NCBI GenBank assembly: GCA_030390025.1
Contig: CM059443.1
Span: 23,312,001 to 23,376,000, forward strand
Source of the DNA: Squalus acanthias
Taxonomy: Eukaryota
Direction: 5' to 3'
DNA: 64,000 bases
Position 1 is the stretch's first letter. Every line of letters begins with the position of its first letter. Positions 11,261-24,177 of this stretch are shown piece after piece. The translations under genes were made by a program, and so were the position numbers. The notes beneath the pieces were generated by a model that was not told where the DNA came from, made no database searches, and saw only the letters and a program-made list of their open reading frames with translations.

Positions 11261-14200
11261 AACACAAAAAGGTGGAGTTCAAATTCAGCACTGTTCATAA
11301 AAAGCAGAAATAATGTCAACACAACCACCTAAAGCAAAAGCCATCACTTGCAAGCAGCTGATGTAGAATTAAGCTGTAAATATAAATAATCTCCGGGTTT
11401 CATTATACCCTTTTTTCATCCAATCCACCCCTTTAATTCTTCTATGGACTTCCACATGGTCAACTGAATAACCTAAGAGACAACTAAATAGTATATGGAA
11501 TTCGGTTCGATTTTACTATTGTAATACCATTTAGAACACATTATTGCAATTCAAAGTAAGCGATTTTATGAAGCGCCTTGAAATATTTTGACATAATAAA
11601 GTGTGAAATAACTAAGTGTTCACAATTTCACATTTTAGGTAGGATTGAACTCACTGGAATGCACAAGATGTTGGAAAATGATTCAGGACTGAACCACAAT
11701 GAGATAAGAGTGGTTTAAGTTTTTTTTTAAAAAAAGAGTTACACCACAGCCAGGCAAACATCCTGGGTGTTGAGACAAATGTGGTAGCTCTTCCCTTACA
11801 CAAGGAACCTCAGACACAGTTGTAGATGAAAAGCCATGTGGAAGTATGTGTCTTGCATCAATGGCAGCCAGCTGGTCTCCTGAGCAGAGACTATTTTGAA
11901 CTATTTTAAGTGCATTCAACCAATTCTCGCAAATACAAGTTGGAATTGTGAGTTTCAGAATCAGAAAGTAGTGGAAATGAAATCCTGATCAGAGAGTATA
12001 TCCACTTTTAAGATCACATAATGGTGTCCACTGTATAGGCAGAATCTTTCATGGAACTTGGGTGAATTGAACAGATAATGCAATGAACCCCAACAGAAAT
12101 TTTCCCCATCCCCAGAATCAAAGGTATTCCATTAACCCACACAGCATTATGTCAATCCTTTATCCTGCATCTTTTGAATTTGCAGAGGGTGGGATAGGCA
12201 GAGTGGTGGCTTGGAACAGCAGCAGAGACAAGTTTTTTCCCCCCTTCTCCTCCATTTCTGGTTCACTACTACCAAAATTGGGTTCTTTCACACCTAAGAA
12301 GACAGTCCAAGAATGATCTTTATAGTCGAGCTCGACAGACAAACCTTCCAATTCCCATTTCAAGGGACCATAATGCAGAAGTCAAAGAAGGATGCAACAC
12401 TAGAAATGGCTTTACCCCTCCTTTTCCCCCAATTTGAATGAAGGTCCTTTCAGGCAGCAACATCAATAGCAATTGGGAAAATATTTTGCAGGAAAGAGAG
12501 TAGGCTAAGAATGGAAGAACCTCTAGACTCAACTCTAGAACTCAAAAGATCCCAATACCTAAAACACCAATAGTAATGGTTGGTGTCAATGAAAAATAAA
12601 CTGTAGCAAAGGGTATTGATGTGATTCACTTGGTAGAGGTCAAGTTTGTATCACTCAATAAAGTTTGATTTGCAACTGGGCAGCACTGATGCCAATAGTG
12701 ACTGCTGTTGACACTCAGTACTCAAAACAATGACTGCTCCCAACTCTCAGCATCAATCAGTGCCAAAAAAGATAGAATTTTGACACCACTGTTGGTTGCA
12801 GTGCTCAAAACTACCTCTGCGAGGGGCTGCTGATGCCAGAGGTGGAACTGCAATGCTGGACAAACATTTGATGCCCAGTAGATCTTGAAAGGCCAGAATT
12901 AGTGGAATGAGGTAGTGGAGGACATAACTAGTATAAATTTCTTGTGCTGTTTTCTTGAGCACTGCTCTTGGAGGATGGCCTCCCCAGCATGGTCAAGAAA
13001 AAACACGAATTTCATGTCATCTGCAGTCATGCTTTTGAGGGTCAATAGTGTAGACGTGTGTCATGTCCATCAACACTTTCTATAGAATGTGATGACTGAG
13101 CCTATCACTTGTACTTGACGTAGAACACGAAAACCAATGCAAAGATTTCATGACATCAAACTGCTCTTTTTTTCAGTTGCAAGATCTAGCAACGAATTGA
13201 GCTGCTTCTATTCAACTGCAGAAGAAGCTGAAGGTACATCCAATAACCCAGTAAGATGAGATTGGCATAAAAAAGAGGGACAAGGCAAGTCAGGCGCAGG
13301 ACCTCTACAGTGGCAGTGCAACCCAATATAATATTTAATTTGGTAGATCATCCATGCTCAGAATGGGTAGTTCATAGCAGTATCTATCAAGAGGGCATGG
13401 GGGAAATGTATTTTTTCTTAGGTTTGGGGTGCACTTTGAATTGTTTGGGTTTTTTAATTACGTATTTGATCTGCTGAGCAGAGTGCAAGTGTGATCAAGG
13501 TTATTGAGATGGGAATTACAGATTACTTTTCAAGCAATATGGAGGATGTGGATGGAGAAAGATTCTTGAAGTTGGGACTGTTTGGGAACAGAATGAAATG
13601 TGGGACTCAAAAAACATGAAATTATATTCTGACATTCCTTGGTCCCACCCCATCAGTTTTTGGACTTGTGGTTAGTGGGTTCGGGTCCTTGTATCATTCC
13701 TGTCGCTAGTCCTGGTCCAACTCAGACCATTAATTCCACCACCACCTTAGTGAGTTTTTGAAGTGACCCTTGGGCAACTTCTTGCTTGTAGTTGTGGCTA
13801 AAAGTTAGTGACAACCCCTGCCTTATCTAATAGTAGTGGAAAGAAAAAGATGAACTTTGAAGATGACAGAATTAGAAACCACCTGTTCCACGGATCTGTA
13901 GGTCATTGAATTGCATTCACCATTTCCTACACTGAATTGCTGACCTTAAGTGAACTATCAAGAAGTCGTGAAGAATGAGTGCAGGGAGGGGAAACAAACA
14001 AATCATTCAGGTTTCTTTTGCACAACTCCAAACAGCCAGCTCCAAAACCTAGGAATAAATCTGCGTGGTGCAGGGAAACTCAAGAGAAGAGTTAAAACAC
14101 TTCAAGCTATTTACTGGAAGCCTAAGAAATCTTTCTTTATACTGACTGTGCAGAAATCTACAAGAGTATACAGCTTGCCTAGCTTAATTGGTAGAGGGCT

Positions 14201-16099
14201 CCACTTCAGTTTTAACATTGCATCTTAACTACCTCCCTTTTGGCGTGTTTCACCAGTTCTCAAGCTGGGCCACAAGGTGCACCTTGCACAGAGAAAACTA
14301 TCACCTCATGAATCATGCCTCACATCACCAACAGCAAGAAGTATTAAGAGGTTGAAGGAAGATCTCATGACCTTAGCATTATTTTACACACTTTTCAACG
14401 AAGAAAATGCTTTTGGTATGGGGAAATATCAGTATAAGCCACAGAAGTAGGTCAGTAAAAAATGTCCAAAAAAATCCAGTAATATTCCAGGAAACCCAGT
14501 GAAGATCTGTTACTTTACATTTCACAAGAGCACGAGATGTATCTGGATGGAGGCCTTTTGGCCCATTTGATTTTCATCCTCCAAAATAAAAACACGCTAT
14601 TTTCTCCCTACAGCTTCTCTAGCCCCCGACTCATTCTTGCCTTTTGTGGAAGTCACGACATACACATCCCAGACCTTGTAAAAATGAACAGCCTCTGAAA
14701 CAGAGGGAAAAGTTCACAAAATTATTGATTCTCTCCTCCTTACCCCCCCCACCCTCCCCAAAATATCAGCTTGCACCAAATAATGATATATCCCTTCCAA
14801 CCCACAAGATGGTGCAGACAAACGATTCCCAGAGCTCTATCAATGCTGTTCTAGAACTACCCATACAGCTGTTCAACAACTTCAATCATTCAGCAACGTC
14901 TAAGCATTTAAGCAGAGTTGAACACTCCTCTTTTCCTCCCACCCAAGAGGCATGCCCTTAGGATACCAGCAAGCTGAAGTTAACAGGCAAAATATTAATT
15001 ATTTTTATTCCTATGTATTCAGAAACATTCAAGGAACTAAAAAAAACTTAACTCAGTATGGTATGCCAAACTGTCAAATCAACCATTCATCGCATACAAA
15101 ATGAAAAAATGTTTGTGTCCAATACTTTTTCCCCCCCATTTGAATGTTTATCTAGGTTTACAGCTAGGAACATTAGTAAAATTATTTCGTATGTGGTCCC
15201 CTATATGAAAGGATGCGATCAATCATTTTTGGCACTGCTGTTTCACCAAAAGAAGTATTGCATGCCTGTAATATGGAGATACTACCTCAAGCAAAAATCA
15301 TAAAACCGTCTGTTTGTGAAAGACAAAATGGTATCACAGTTGTTAAAACTCGTCATCTTGGGATAGACATAGTACAAACATACTCAAAGTAAATTGGCAA
15401 AAGGGTACAAGTGTTGCAATACATTGTGCCAATGCGAGATAAATATTGACTGTAGCCCACTCGCAACAGCAATTTGAGTATCATCTGGCAGTCACTGGAG
15501 GCATTTCCTAAATAAATCTGCTAGACCATGATACTGTTTTCTGAATGACTTGCAGTGTAAAAGAAGGAACTACAGAGAATTGGAGATATAATTACAGACA
15601 TGTGGTCCAAGACATTGTTCATTCTTAGCGCAACCATTTTCAATAGTAATCAGAATATATCGGGTGTTAAATTTGGTGCAAATCCCAATATCAGGTCTCT
15701 GTCCTGAGCACCAATGTTTAGATGTATTACTACTGCAAACAGGATGATATTACACTTGCGTACTTTCTGCTTATAAAACCTAACTTCGTTATTTCCTTTG
15801 TCACACTTGGGTGTAAATTTTTTCCCCACTCTAAATTCCAAAGTTCACATGCATAAATGAAAATAGCCCATGTAAACTAAACTTGTCACACTGTAATTAC
15901 ACTCTCCCACTACTGATAGTGCTGCAGCAACTCAGTTTTGCAATTCCTAGCTTCTTGGCCTGCACTGCAGAGAAAATCCTATGGTCCAACCAACTCTAAG
16001 TTTCAAGATTAACCCCCCCCCCCCCCCCCCACCTCCCCTCCAACTGACAGCAGAGGGGATTTGTGGGGGGGGGGGGTGGTTAAAGATTTGAATATGGGG

Positions 16100-16780
16100 A
16101 TTGCGTCCCCAACACACCGTGCACCTAACGATGCCTTTTTTCTGGTGGCGGATATCGGGGCGTCCAAGTGTCCTGCTGTGGAAAGGCGTTAACATAATTA
16201 ACACATTTAAATCCTGATGTAAAATTCATTGCAGCTGTGCAAATTTCCCTGGGGTTGGGAAACCCGGCAGTGAATGGGGGGCGCGGAAGCTGATAGTTCC
16301 ACAAGGCAATTGCCTTTTTTAAGCACTCCTTGTGGGCCAGGAGTAGGAGTGCTCCCCTGGCCTCTCAAGGAAGCCTTCTGCCTTCCCCCTGCCGATCGCA
16401 GCGCCTCTCTTCCCCAACCCCCTTCCTGATTGCCATCCTGCCGGTCGCAGCCTCTCTCTCTCCTCCCTACTGCGTTTGCCGACCTCCGCCCACCCCATCC
16501 CCAACGGCCTCTATCTCCACTGCCCTGTTTGCCGACTCCCACCCCACCAATTGCCAGGCACCATCCCCAAGGGTCCCCTGGCTGCTGTGTCCTGCCACTG
16601 GTTTTCGTTCCCGGCAGCTGCCAGGCTGTTAATTTAGCTAGTTGCCGAGCGGGAAGCGGGGGAAAAAAAAATGATAAATGAGGTCCTGTCGTTAAGTTCG
16701 GCAGAGCCTCTGCGTCTCCAGAAGTTTTCGGCCTCCCCAACACCCTACCTGCCTCCCCATAAATATCGGGGCCAATGTCT
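16100..16780. mobile_element. GC/CpG-rich non-autonomous DNA-transposon-like fragment
   Basis: Abrupt GC/CpG island in an AT-rich intron, ending in AAATATCGGGGCC, similar to the GGCC-type termini of the MITEs at 29377 and 36675. No matching left TIR found. Confidence 0.45.
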
Positions 16781-18629
16781 CTAATTCCCAAACTTCCCTA
16801 CGTTTTGCTATTTAATACATTTATTTTTTTTTAAATGAAAGTGTTATACAAAATAAGGACAGAATGTACAACTAAAATGGGTATTAATTTACACATTTGC
16901 AAAGAATTTACCCAATCTATCATATGTTCTATGGTGAAATATTTAAAATGCAGTTCCCCAAGAGCAACCATAACACCAGCTGCCAGGACCAATCTGCCAA
17001 AAACATGAATGCAGGCAGCTATCAAATCTAAACAGTTACACTTAGTAAATGTATGAAGAATACTCCAATTAGCACACCAGCAAGTACTACCAATTGGAAC
17101 CCAACTAACGTGTGCCTAGGAAGCAGACTTGGGCAATGACATTCAGCCTGACCCTTAGGCTTTTCTCCCTGTTTATCAGTACAGAATGCACTCATCTATC
17201 CACTTAGATAACTGATCACTGGTTTGTCTTTGTTTCATAGGAGGCATAACTGTAGAAACTTATGAAATTGCTTCAAATGAAATGTAGTAACAGTGGTCTC
17301 TGTACAAAATGAAAACACTTGCATTTTGACTGGTGTGACTGTAGGCAAAACATGGGATAATTTCTTGGCACAAATGAAATCGGAAAGCAACTTTCAGGTA
17401 GGAACTTGGGTCAAGTCCCAAGGACTACCTGGTCATAATAGCAAATCAAATCTGGCTTTGTAACCACTAACTCCACAAGCCAAAATGAACAGTGCAACTT
17501 TTCAGGTAGGAAAAATGTTCAAATGGTCCATACATTAACTTGGAGAAATTGTTTAAGATCCCAATTAGGAACCCACGAAAACCTGTTGGACCACAATTTC
17601 CTAATAGCTTGCAGAAGAGAGACCCCCAACTAGGTCATGAAAGACCAACATAGGTGTATGAGCCTAATAGATGGTTGATTGTGAACCAACTTTTAATTAA
17701 TGCTGGTGAACTCATGAATACAAGGGACATCACAATACATGGCTAGCCAACTCCACTGTATAAAATTAGTAGATCTCCTCTATGAACTAACCAAAGCATC
17801 TTGTGGCCAGGAATTGAATCATATTTCAAAATCAAAAGGCAATATTTATGTTTGAGATACTAGTCATCACTTGAAAATTCATTAGCGCAGCAGCCGGCCC
17901 TGCTAGAATATACAAACCTCATGAAGAAATTGCTATTGTGGGGAGCCAATTAAGAAACAAAGGATTCTTCTTGTGCAAATACATTTTGATTACAGAACTT
18001 ATTAAGCATAATTGCAATTAAAATCTACTTAACAGCTGCTTGTTTTGCTGTGTTATTGATCAATTGAGTCAAAAGGGGTTTGTAAGTCCGTGGAAAATGA
18101 ATGCATTTCCAACACTTACTAGGTGGGTACTGTCACATTTAGTGTTTATGGTTGAAAGCTTTTAAATTTAGGAGAAATCTCAGAAGGTCCTGCCAAAAAT
18201 GGTGCAATGCAATTGCAGGTTGAACTTGAGTATTTCTGAAACTGTGCAGCAGCAAGTAAAACAACTATCAATGCCCACCACCCACCTCCCCACAAATACA
18301 GAGAAGCAATTTAATTTTATCATATTCCACATATCATGCAAAGTCTGTGGCTCGAGGCCAGATAAAACTGTCCTGCAGCAATAGCTGACAGTGTTAGTAT
18401 GCTTTTGTAGCAACCTCTGGTCTAGTAATGAGCAAATCAGTATCTGCAGAATGGCAGAACCCAATGTTCTAGCCCTTTAAGAAACAAACTAAGGACACCA
18501 ACAAAAGAAATAATTGGCTAATTACAGTTGTACCATAACAAAACCATATCAACTATAACCAGGGATTCACAAGACAACTCCATCAGCTTACAGCACCTTA
18601 AGATATATTATAATACAGACTGGGAAATT

Positions 18630-18960
18630 GGGTACTGATGTTGGTTACATTGGCCTTTTCTGATCTGGGATAAAGATTCAAATACAGCCTCTACCAATGG
18701 GTTGAAAATTTCCTCTGCCTGCTAACGTCCTACAGAAAATTCATTGGACAGTTTCAACCCTAGTGAGCATGGGACTACTCTACAAAACTGCCCCTAGTTG
18801 TGCACTAGGTTATAGAAAGTTGGCTAATAAAGGGAAATGTCTCATTGATCACAACTGTGTCTATTCAAGCACTCAGCTTACCAGGATAGAAGTTGGTGCT
18901 CTTTTGAGATTGGCATCGTGGCAGACGGTCAAGTCAGAATGAAGGGAATGTTTATGGAGT
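18630..18960 (+). mobile_element. Old LF-SINE-like element
   Basis: ttggccttt...ttcaaat-cagcc...ccta..gaaa..ttgg...cctagtg...acaaaac motifs are collinear with my recollection of the LF-SINE consensus; highly diverged. Confidence 0.4.
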
Positions 18961-19166
18961 AGGGGAACAAAGCTTTGACCTGAAAGTACCTTCCTTCCAA
19001 CCCAAATACTATCTACAGTTAAATAGATTAAATTTATCAAAAATGTTAATATTCTGACAATACTAATCTTTTAAAGCTTCCCCTTCAAAATCCTAATGTA
19101 AAGCCTAATATATTTTCTAGATGCTAATCCAACCCTTTTAATTACATTACACTCTGAAGTACCCAC

Positions 19167-20162
19167 CTCCTGCAGTCCCACCAGCAATACCAGTAATGGA
19201 GAAACTAGTAACAGTGCAAGAATTAGTCAACCCAGCTCCAGCAGCTGTAACGGGAACCATGTTTGCAGTAACTGGTGTCGATCCAAAGAAAGACTGCAAT
19301 ACAGTTGGCCCCATCATGGAGTTTGAGTTGCCCTGCAATGATGTGGATCCCATAGGGTACTGTGATCCTGTGGTAAGCTGGCCAGGAATAGAACCTGCAA
19401 CAGAATGGTGCGATTGTGACTGAATTGAACATAGTGTATGGTTAGCGGTGGGGTGGCGGCTGTCTGAAACAGCAGCTGGCATGTTTTTACCACCCAGTAT
19501 TCCTCCCAACTGGACTGTGGTCACTGGAATAAAGAGATTTTCCCACTCTTTCTCACGTGATTTGTTCATCTTTACAATATGTAACATTGCATTTTTCTCC
19601 ATATGGCCTCCCAAGCAACTTACTACCTCTGCATTTTCTTTACCTTTGACCCCTGACTTGCTCAGCTCATCTCCCTTTGCACCAGTCAACCCATCTGGCT
19701 GCTTCTTGTTTGAAGAGAGATTTGAGTCAATACTGGAGTCAGTTTTGTTCCTGGACAGCTGGTACAGTGCACTGGAATTCAGCCCCACCATCTCTGAAGT
19801 CTTACGAGCTAAACAAGCACCTTCATTATAATTATGTAAACTGATATCTGCAGATCGTCCAGAATTGTAATTGAAAGTGATGGGTGAGGCTGCATGATGA
19901 CCATTTTCCTCCACTGAGACTGGGGTAGTGATGTGTTTCCTCTGATGGGACCCCATTTTAGCATCATTGACTGAAAGGTCACCTGTAATAGGCCTGGTAC
20001 CAAAAGGAGAGGCTTGGCATAAACCAGAAGCTGACTGGGATGAGTGGTCAGAGTTCTTGGTCAAACTGATATCAGATATTGGAGAGAAAGTGGATTTCCA
20101 TTTACTGCTGTTATCCGTACTACTGGAACTGAGTCCTTGCTTCCGCATTGGTAAACTTCCAC
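19167..20162 (-). CDS. DOT1L: DOT1L exon (~exon 27)
   Basis: 996 nt; GSLPMRKQ...NSSKWKSTFSPISDI...VLQSFF...GIAGGTAG; tag/gtgggt. Confidence 0.94.
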
Positions 20163-21259
20163 CTACAAAGATTTAAAAAACATAAACGTGGTCAGTACAA
20201 GAAGAAACTTGAGAGAAATAATTCACATATTTATCATTTTCAAAATAGGTTTCAATCAGCAATTCATATGAAGGTATCCACCGAAGAATTTGGGGGTGCT
20301 TTGGTACTATAGTATAATAGAAATAGATCATAACCCAATGCACAAGTCATATTTATAACATTAAACAGACGAGGCTAAAACAAGCTTTCAAAAAATAAAT
20401 TAAGAGTTAAAAGTGCAAGAGGGATGCATGTAATATTGACAGAGTAGGATTTGCAAAGCCAGAAAGCAATAAGGATAAATAAAAACAGTGGATGACAAGA
20501 TAAGTATGGGTACAGTGAGGCCACTTGGCCTATTTGAGCTCATCCATTCAGGAGAGAAAAAAAAACTGTGTCTCTTTACCTCTCTCCCTCACCCCATCAC
20601 AGTTTCACTTCTATCACTATATCAGGAAGACCATTCCAAGTGTTGATCACCCTTTGTTTGAAGCTCTTCACCACAAACATCTTAAATTGCCCTTTCACCA
20701 GGTTTGGCCTATTCTAGTTTAGTATTGGTCTAGTGTCTCAGTTTATCTTAAAGTACTGCTCCAGCTTTACTTGACTGTTAAGGTTTAATATTGTGTAAAT
20801 TTATATAAAATCCTTTCTCAGTCAGCTTCTATCAAGGCTAAGCGCTCCAGTCTTTCCTTACAACTTAATCCTTTGACCCTAGGGATCAGCTTCATGGCTC
20901 TGCTCTGTCCAGCCTCCATGCTTGAATGGTTCTCCTGTTTTTAAAGAAGTTTAACACTCAAGATACAGTTACTGTACATTGTCCAACTTGTACCTTACCC
21001 CATTATATACTGCTGTTCCACAGTAATGTTCTTAAGTCTCAAATCTACAATCGCCCCAGATCCCTTTCAACTTAATCTTTAGCTTTTAAAAAAAACTATA
21101 TCAAGTGTACATCTGACCCTCATTTTTCCTTCTAACGTGTAGTAGCTTTCACTTGTCTGTGTTCAATTTCATCTGACACTGTTCCACCCAGTTACTAGGT
21201 TTTATTAAACTCCTTTGGTCAGTCCTGGTCTACTTCCTCCAACTCAACACTCCCCCACA

Positions 21260-22167
21260 ATAGCAAAATACTGCGGATGCTGGAAATCTGAAACAGAAAA
21301 TGCTGGGAACATTCAGGTCAGGCAGCATCAAGGAGAGAGAGAAAGAGTTAACATTTCAGGTCTGTGACCCTTCGTCAGAACTGGAAACCATTAGAGATTT
21401 AACAGGTTTTAAGCAGGTGCAGAGGCAGGGAAAGGGGGAGGGGAGGAAAGAACAAAAGGGACGGTCTGTGATTGGGTGGAAGGCAGGAGTGATTAAATGT
21501 TGCAAATAGGGATGGCAGAATCATCAACAACCGCTGCCTGAAAAAAATAGGGGCTGGGTTATAGGTTATAGAGCGATTTACTTGTACTTCTTTACTTGTA
21601 CTTATTGCAATTTAGTCGACTGTATTCGCTGCTCACGATGCGATCTCCTCTGCATTGGGGAGACCAAACGCAGATTGGATGATCGCTTTGCGGAACATCT
21701 CCGTTCAGTCCGTAAGGGTGACCCCGAGCTTCCGGTCGCTTGTCACTAATTCTCCGTTCCACTCCCACTCTGACCTCTCTGCCCTCGGCCTCTTACACTG
21801 TCCCAATGAAGCTCAACGTAAGCTCAAGGAACAGCACCTCATCTTTCGATTAGGCATTTTACAGCCTTCTAGACTCAGAGTTCAACAATTTCAGACTATA
21901 ATCCTTGCACCTATTTGTTCAGGCGGCAGTTGTTGATGATTCTGCCATCCCTATTTGCAACATTTAACCACTCCTGCCTTCCACCCTATCACAGACCGTC
22001 CCTTTTGATCTTTCCTCCCCTGCACCTTTACCTGCCTCTGCACCTGCTTAAAACCTGTTACATCTTTAACAGGTTTCCAGTTCTGACGAAGGGTCACAGA
22101 CCTGAAACGTTAACTCTGTTTCCCTCTCCACGGATGCTGCCTGACCTGCTGAGTGTTACCAGCATTT
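21260..22167 (+). mobile_element. Penelope-like element: GIY-YIG endonuclease fragment flanked by ~255-bp inverted pseudo-LTRs
   Basis: From 21609 reads NLVDCIRCSRCDLLCIGETKRRLDDRFAEHLRSV...(fs)...EQHLIFRLG. Arms ~21297-21551 and ~21910-22167 are reverse complements. Confidence 0.88.
22083..22113 (+). ncRNA. Minimal hammerhead ribozyme core in Penelope pLTR
   Basis: CTGACGA-agggtcacagacct (stem II)-GAAA-CGTT (palindromic AACGTT). Mirror copy on minus at 21354-21378. Confidence 0.65.
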
Positions 22168-23298
22168 CCACCCACCACCCCCCGCGCACCAAGTAACCAC
22201 CATTTCCTTTCTTTTAGCCAATTTCTCATCCACGCCCAAATTTTTACTTGGAATTTCCTCTGCTTATAGTCTCAGTAGGAACCTTTTTGAGAAATGTTAT
22301 CAAAGGCTATTTGAAAATCTAAGTACCCAAGATTCTCTGGTTTTCCACTGTTCACTCAGGATGTCAGTTCTTCAAATAAAAAGTCAAGGAGATGATCAGA
22401 CAGTACCTTCCCTTTCTCACAATATATTGGCTGCTATATACTAGATTGTGAAGATAGATTTGCCCTTGCCCAGATTAGGTTATCTCCTTTTTTGAATATA
22501 CATTACCTTGTTTCCAGTGACTCCTTCATGATGATTGTGAAGTGTTGGCAAATTTCATCACTAGTCTCTCTTAGTATCTGAGATAGATTCATGGATCCCT
22601 GGGGATTTGTTCATTTTGAGCCCTCTATGGATGTCTAGAACCTCTGATGCCAAAGTCTGTAAATCTGTTTGGATTATCACCCTTAATAAAGGACATGTTA
22701 CTACAATCTTCTCTAGTGATGAACTAAAGGAAGGAATAGTCAAGTATATTAAATATTCTCAGATCATTCTCCGTTTCATCTCCACTGGCATCCATTCGAT
22801 CTCTCATATCTTTCCACACTGTACTCCTGCTATTTAAGCAGTGCAATTTTTTTTGCTGTTTCATTTGGATTCTGCACTTAACCATTTCCAGGTTCCTCTC
22901 CACCCCTTTGATGACCTTTTTGGTATCCATCTGAAATGTCCTGTATTCTTTCCAGTGGAGTCGCTCATCTTTCTTTTTGCAATGTTTATGAAGCTCCCCC
23001 AGTCATTCCCCCTTCATTTGACATCTGATTGTCCTGTTAATCAATTTAAGGTCATGTTTATTGAGCCTGTGCTTGCTAATCTTAGATATGTATGCATTAA
23101 CAATTTCCTCCAGCTAATGTATCAGGGGTACAACACACACACCCACGGGCTGGCCTTCGGCAGTGTGCAGTCCCAAATCCAGAGTGAACCGAAGCAAGGT
23201 TATGGTTGCAATCAACCTAGGGTGCCATGACTTTTATTTTCTGTATATATTCAAATCACTTACCATTACCAAGTCAAGTTGAGAACTGTGTTTCATGG

Positions 23299-23487
23299 CT
23301 TCCCTGACAAAATGCATCATGAAGCAATCGTTATAATTTCTGACTTTAAACCACTTGAGCATTCGCAATTTGTATAAGTTTGGTTGAAATCCCTTCCCTG
23401 ACAAAATGCATCATGAAGCAATCGTTATAATTTCTGACTTTAAACCACTTGAGCATTCGCAATTTGTAGAAGTTTGGTTGAAATCCC
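23299..23487. repeat. Tandem duplication, 2 x 94 bp
   Basis: cttccctgacaaaatgcatcatg...ggttgaaatcc repeated with one mismatch (tgtataag/tgtagaag). Confidence 0.95.
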
Positions 23488-23805
23488 CCACCAATATATA
23501 GCCTTCCTGTTTTCACAGAATCTGCTCACCTCTTCATAAAAAAATACTGTCATTGTGTGTGTTGTTCTGATTCAAATTTTGATTTTGTAACATGCTTCTG
23601 AAATAAGAGGGGTGGGGGTGGAAGGAGAAACAAACCTGGCTCAGTCTTATAATTCAAAAATAAGTTGTGCTCTGTATACTGTACATCACAGTCCAGTTAG
23701 GCTGTGGAACATGGGGAATTGCTAATAAACACATTTTTGAAACATTTACTTGAGGAAAAAGTTCAGGCTCATTTCATTTTGATTGCACAACCTCAATTTA
23801 CTTAC

Positions 23806-23891
23806 TTTGGTCACCTTCTCCACAAACGGTTGGAATTTCTTTACTTTCGATTGATACAGTGCACTGATTTTGAGTCATTTTTCTTTCAATC
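23806..23891 (-). CDS. DOT1L: DOT1L exon (~exon 26)
   Basis: 86 nt; aag|GATTGAAAGAAAA...GACCAAA|gtaagt; (R)IERKMTQNQCTVSIESKEIPTVCGEGDQ resembles human RIERKIATISLESK. Phases 2/1 bridge exons 25 and 27. Confidence 0.88.
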
Positions 23892-24177
23892 CTTAAAACA
23901 AAAAAGTGCATCTTTACAAATACAGAAATTGAGTGCTCTATTGACCGTGTGCTTGCACCTCAAAAGAATGGTATGGGATGGGTTTGGGCCAGTAATTCTC
24001 AATATAGACCATTCATCTCAGATTGAAGGAGGATTAGTCAAGCCAGCCTCAGCAGCTGAGGTGAAACTCATAGCAAGAAGCTGCACTGCAACATAAGAGC
24101 AGATAGTTTGATTCAGGAATAGCTCAACAATAACTGCAGAAAACTTGCCTTGAAAATAGGGACATTTGACAATACCC

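Larger units (their letters stand above)
20540..23080 (-). mobile_element. Highly decayed CR1 LINE, interrupted by a Penelope element
   Basis: Residual RT motifs on minus (YLDFQIAFD near 22300, KSPG near 22600) on both sides of the 21260-22167 insertion. Confidence 0.6.

Noticed and set aside
16012-16078. Long C-run followed by a long G-run (hairpin or G4 potential)
   Set aside because: Homopolymer C/G runs are common throughout the window and error-prone; no other support.
16207-16791. 194-aa minus-strand ORF and overlapping ORFs
   Set aside because: Non-ATG start, low-complexity G/R-rich product of a GC-rich repeat; no domain motifs.
19196-20176. Several plus-strand ORFs
   Set aside because: Antisense shadows of the long exon 27 reading frame.
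23299-23487. CRISPR-like or other prokaryotic-type array
   Set aside because: Simple two-copy tandem duplication without spacers in a vertebrate intron; no cas genes or operon-like structure anywhere in the window.
23704-24096. 130-aa plus-strand ORF
   Set aside because: Antisense to DOT1L exon 26, no ATG start, no recognisable motifs.
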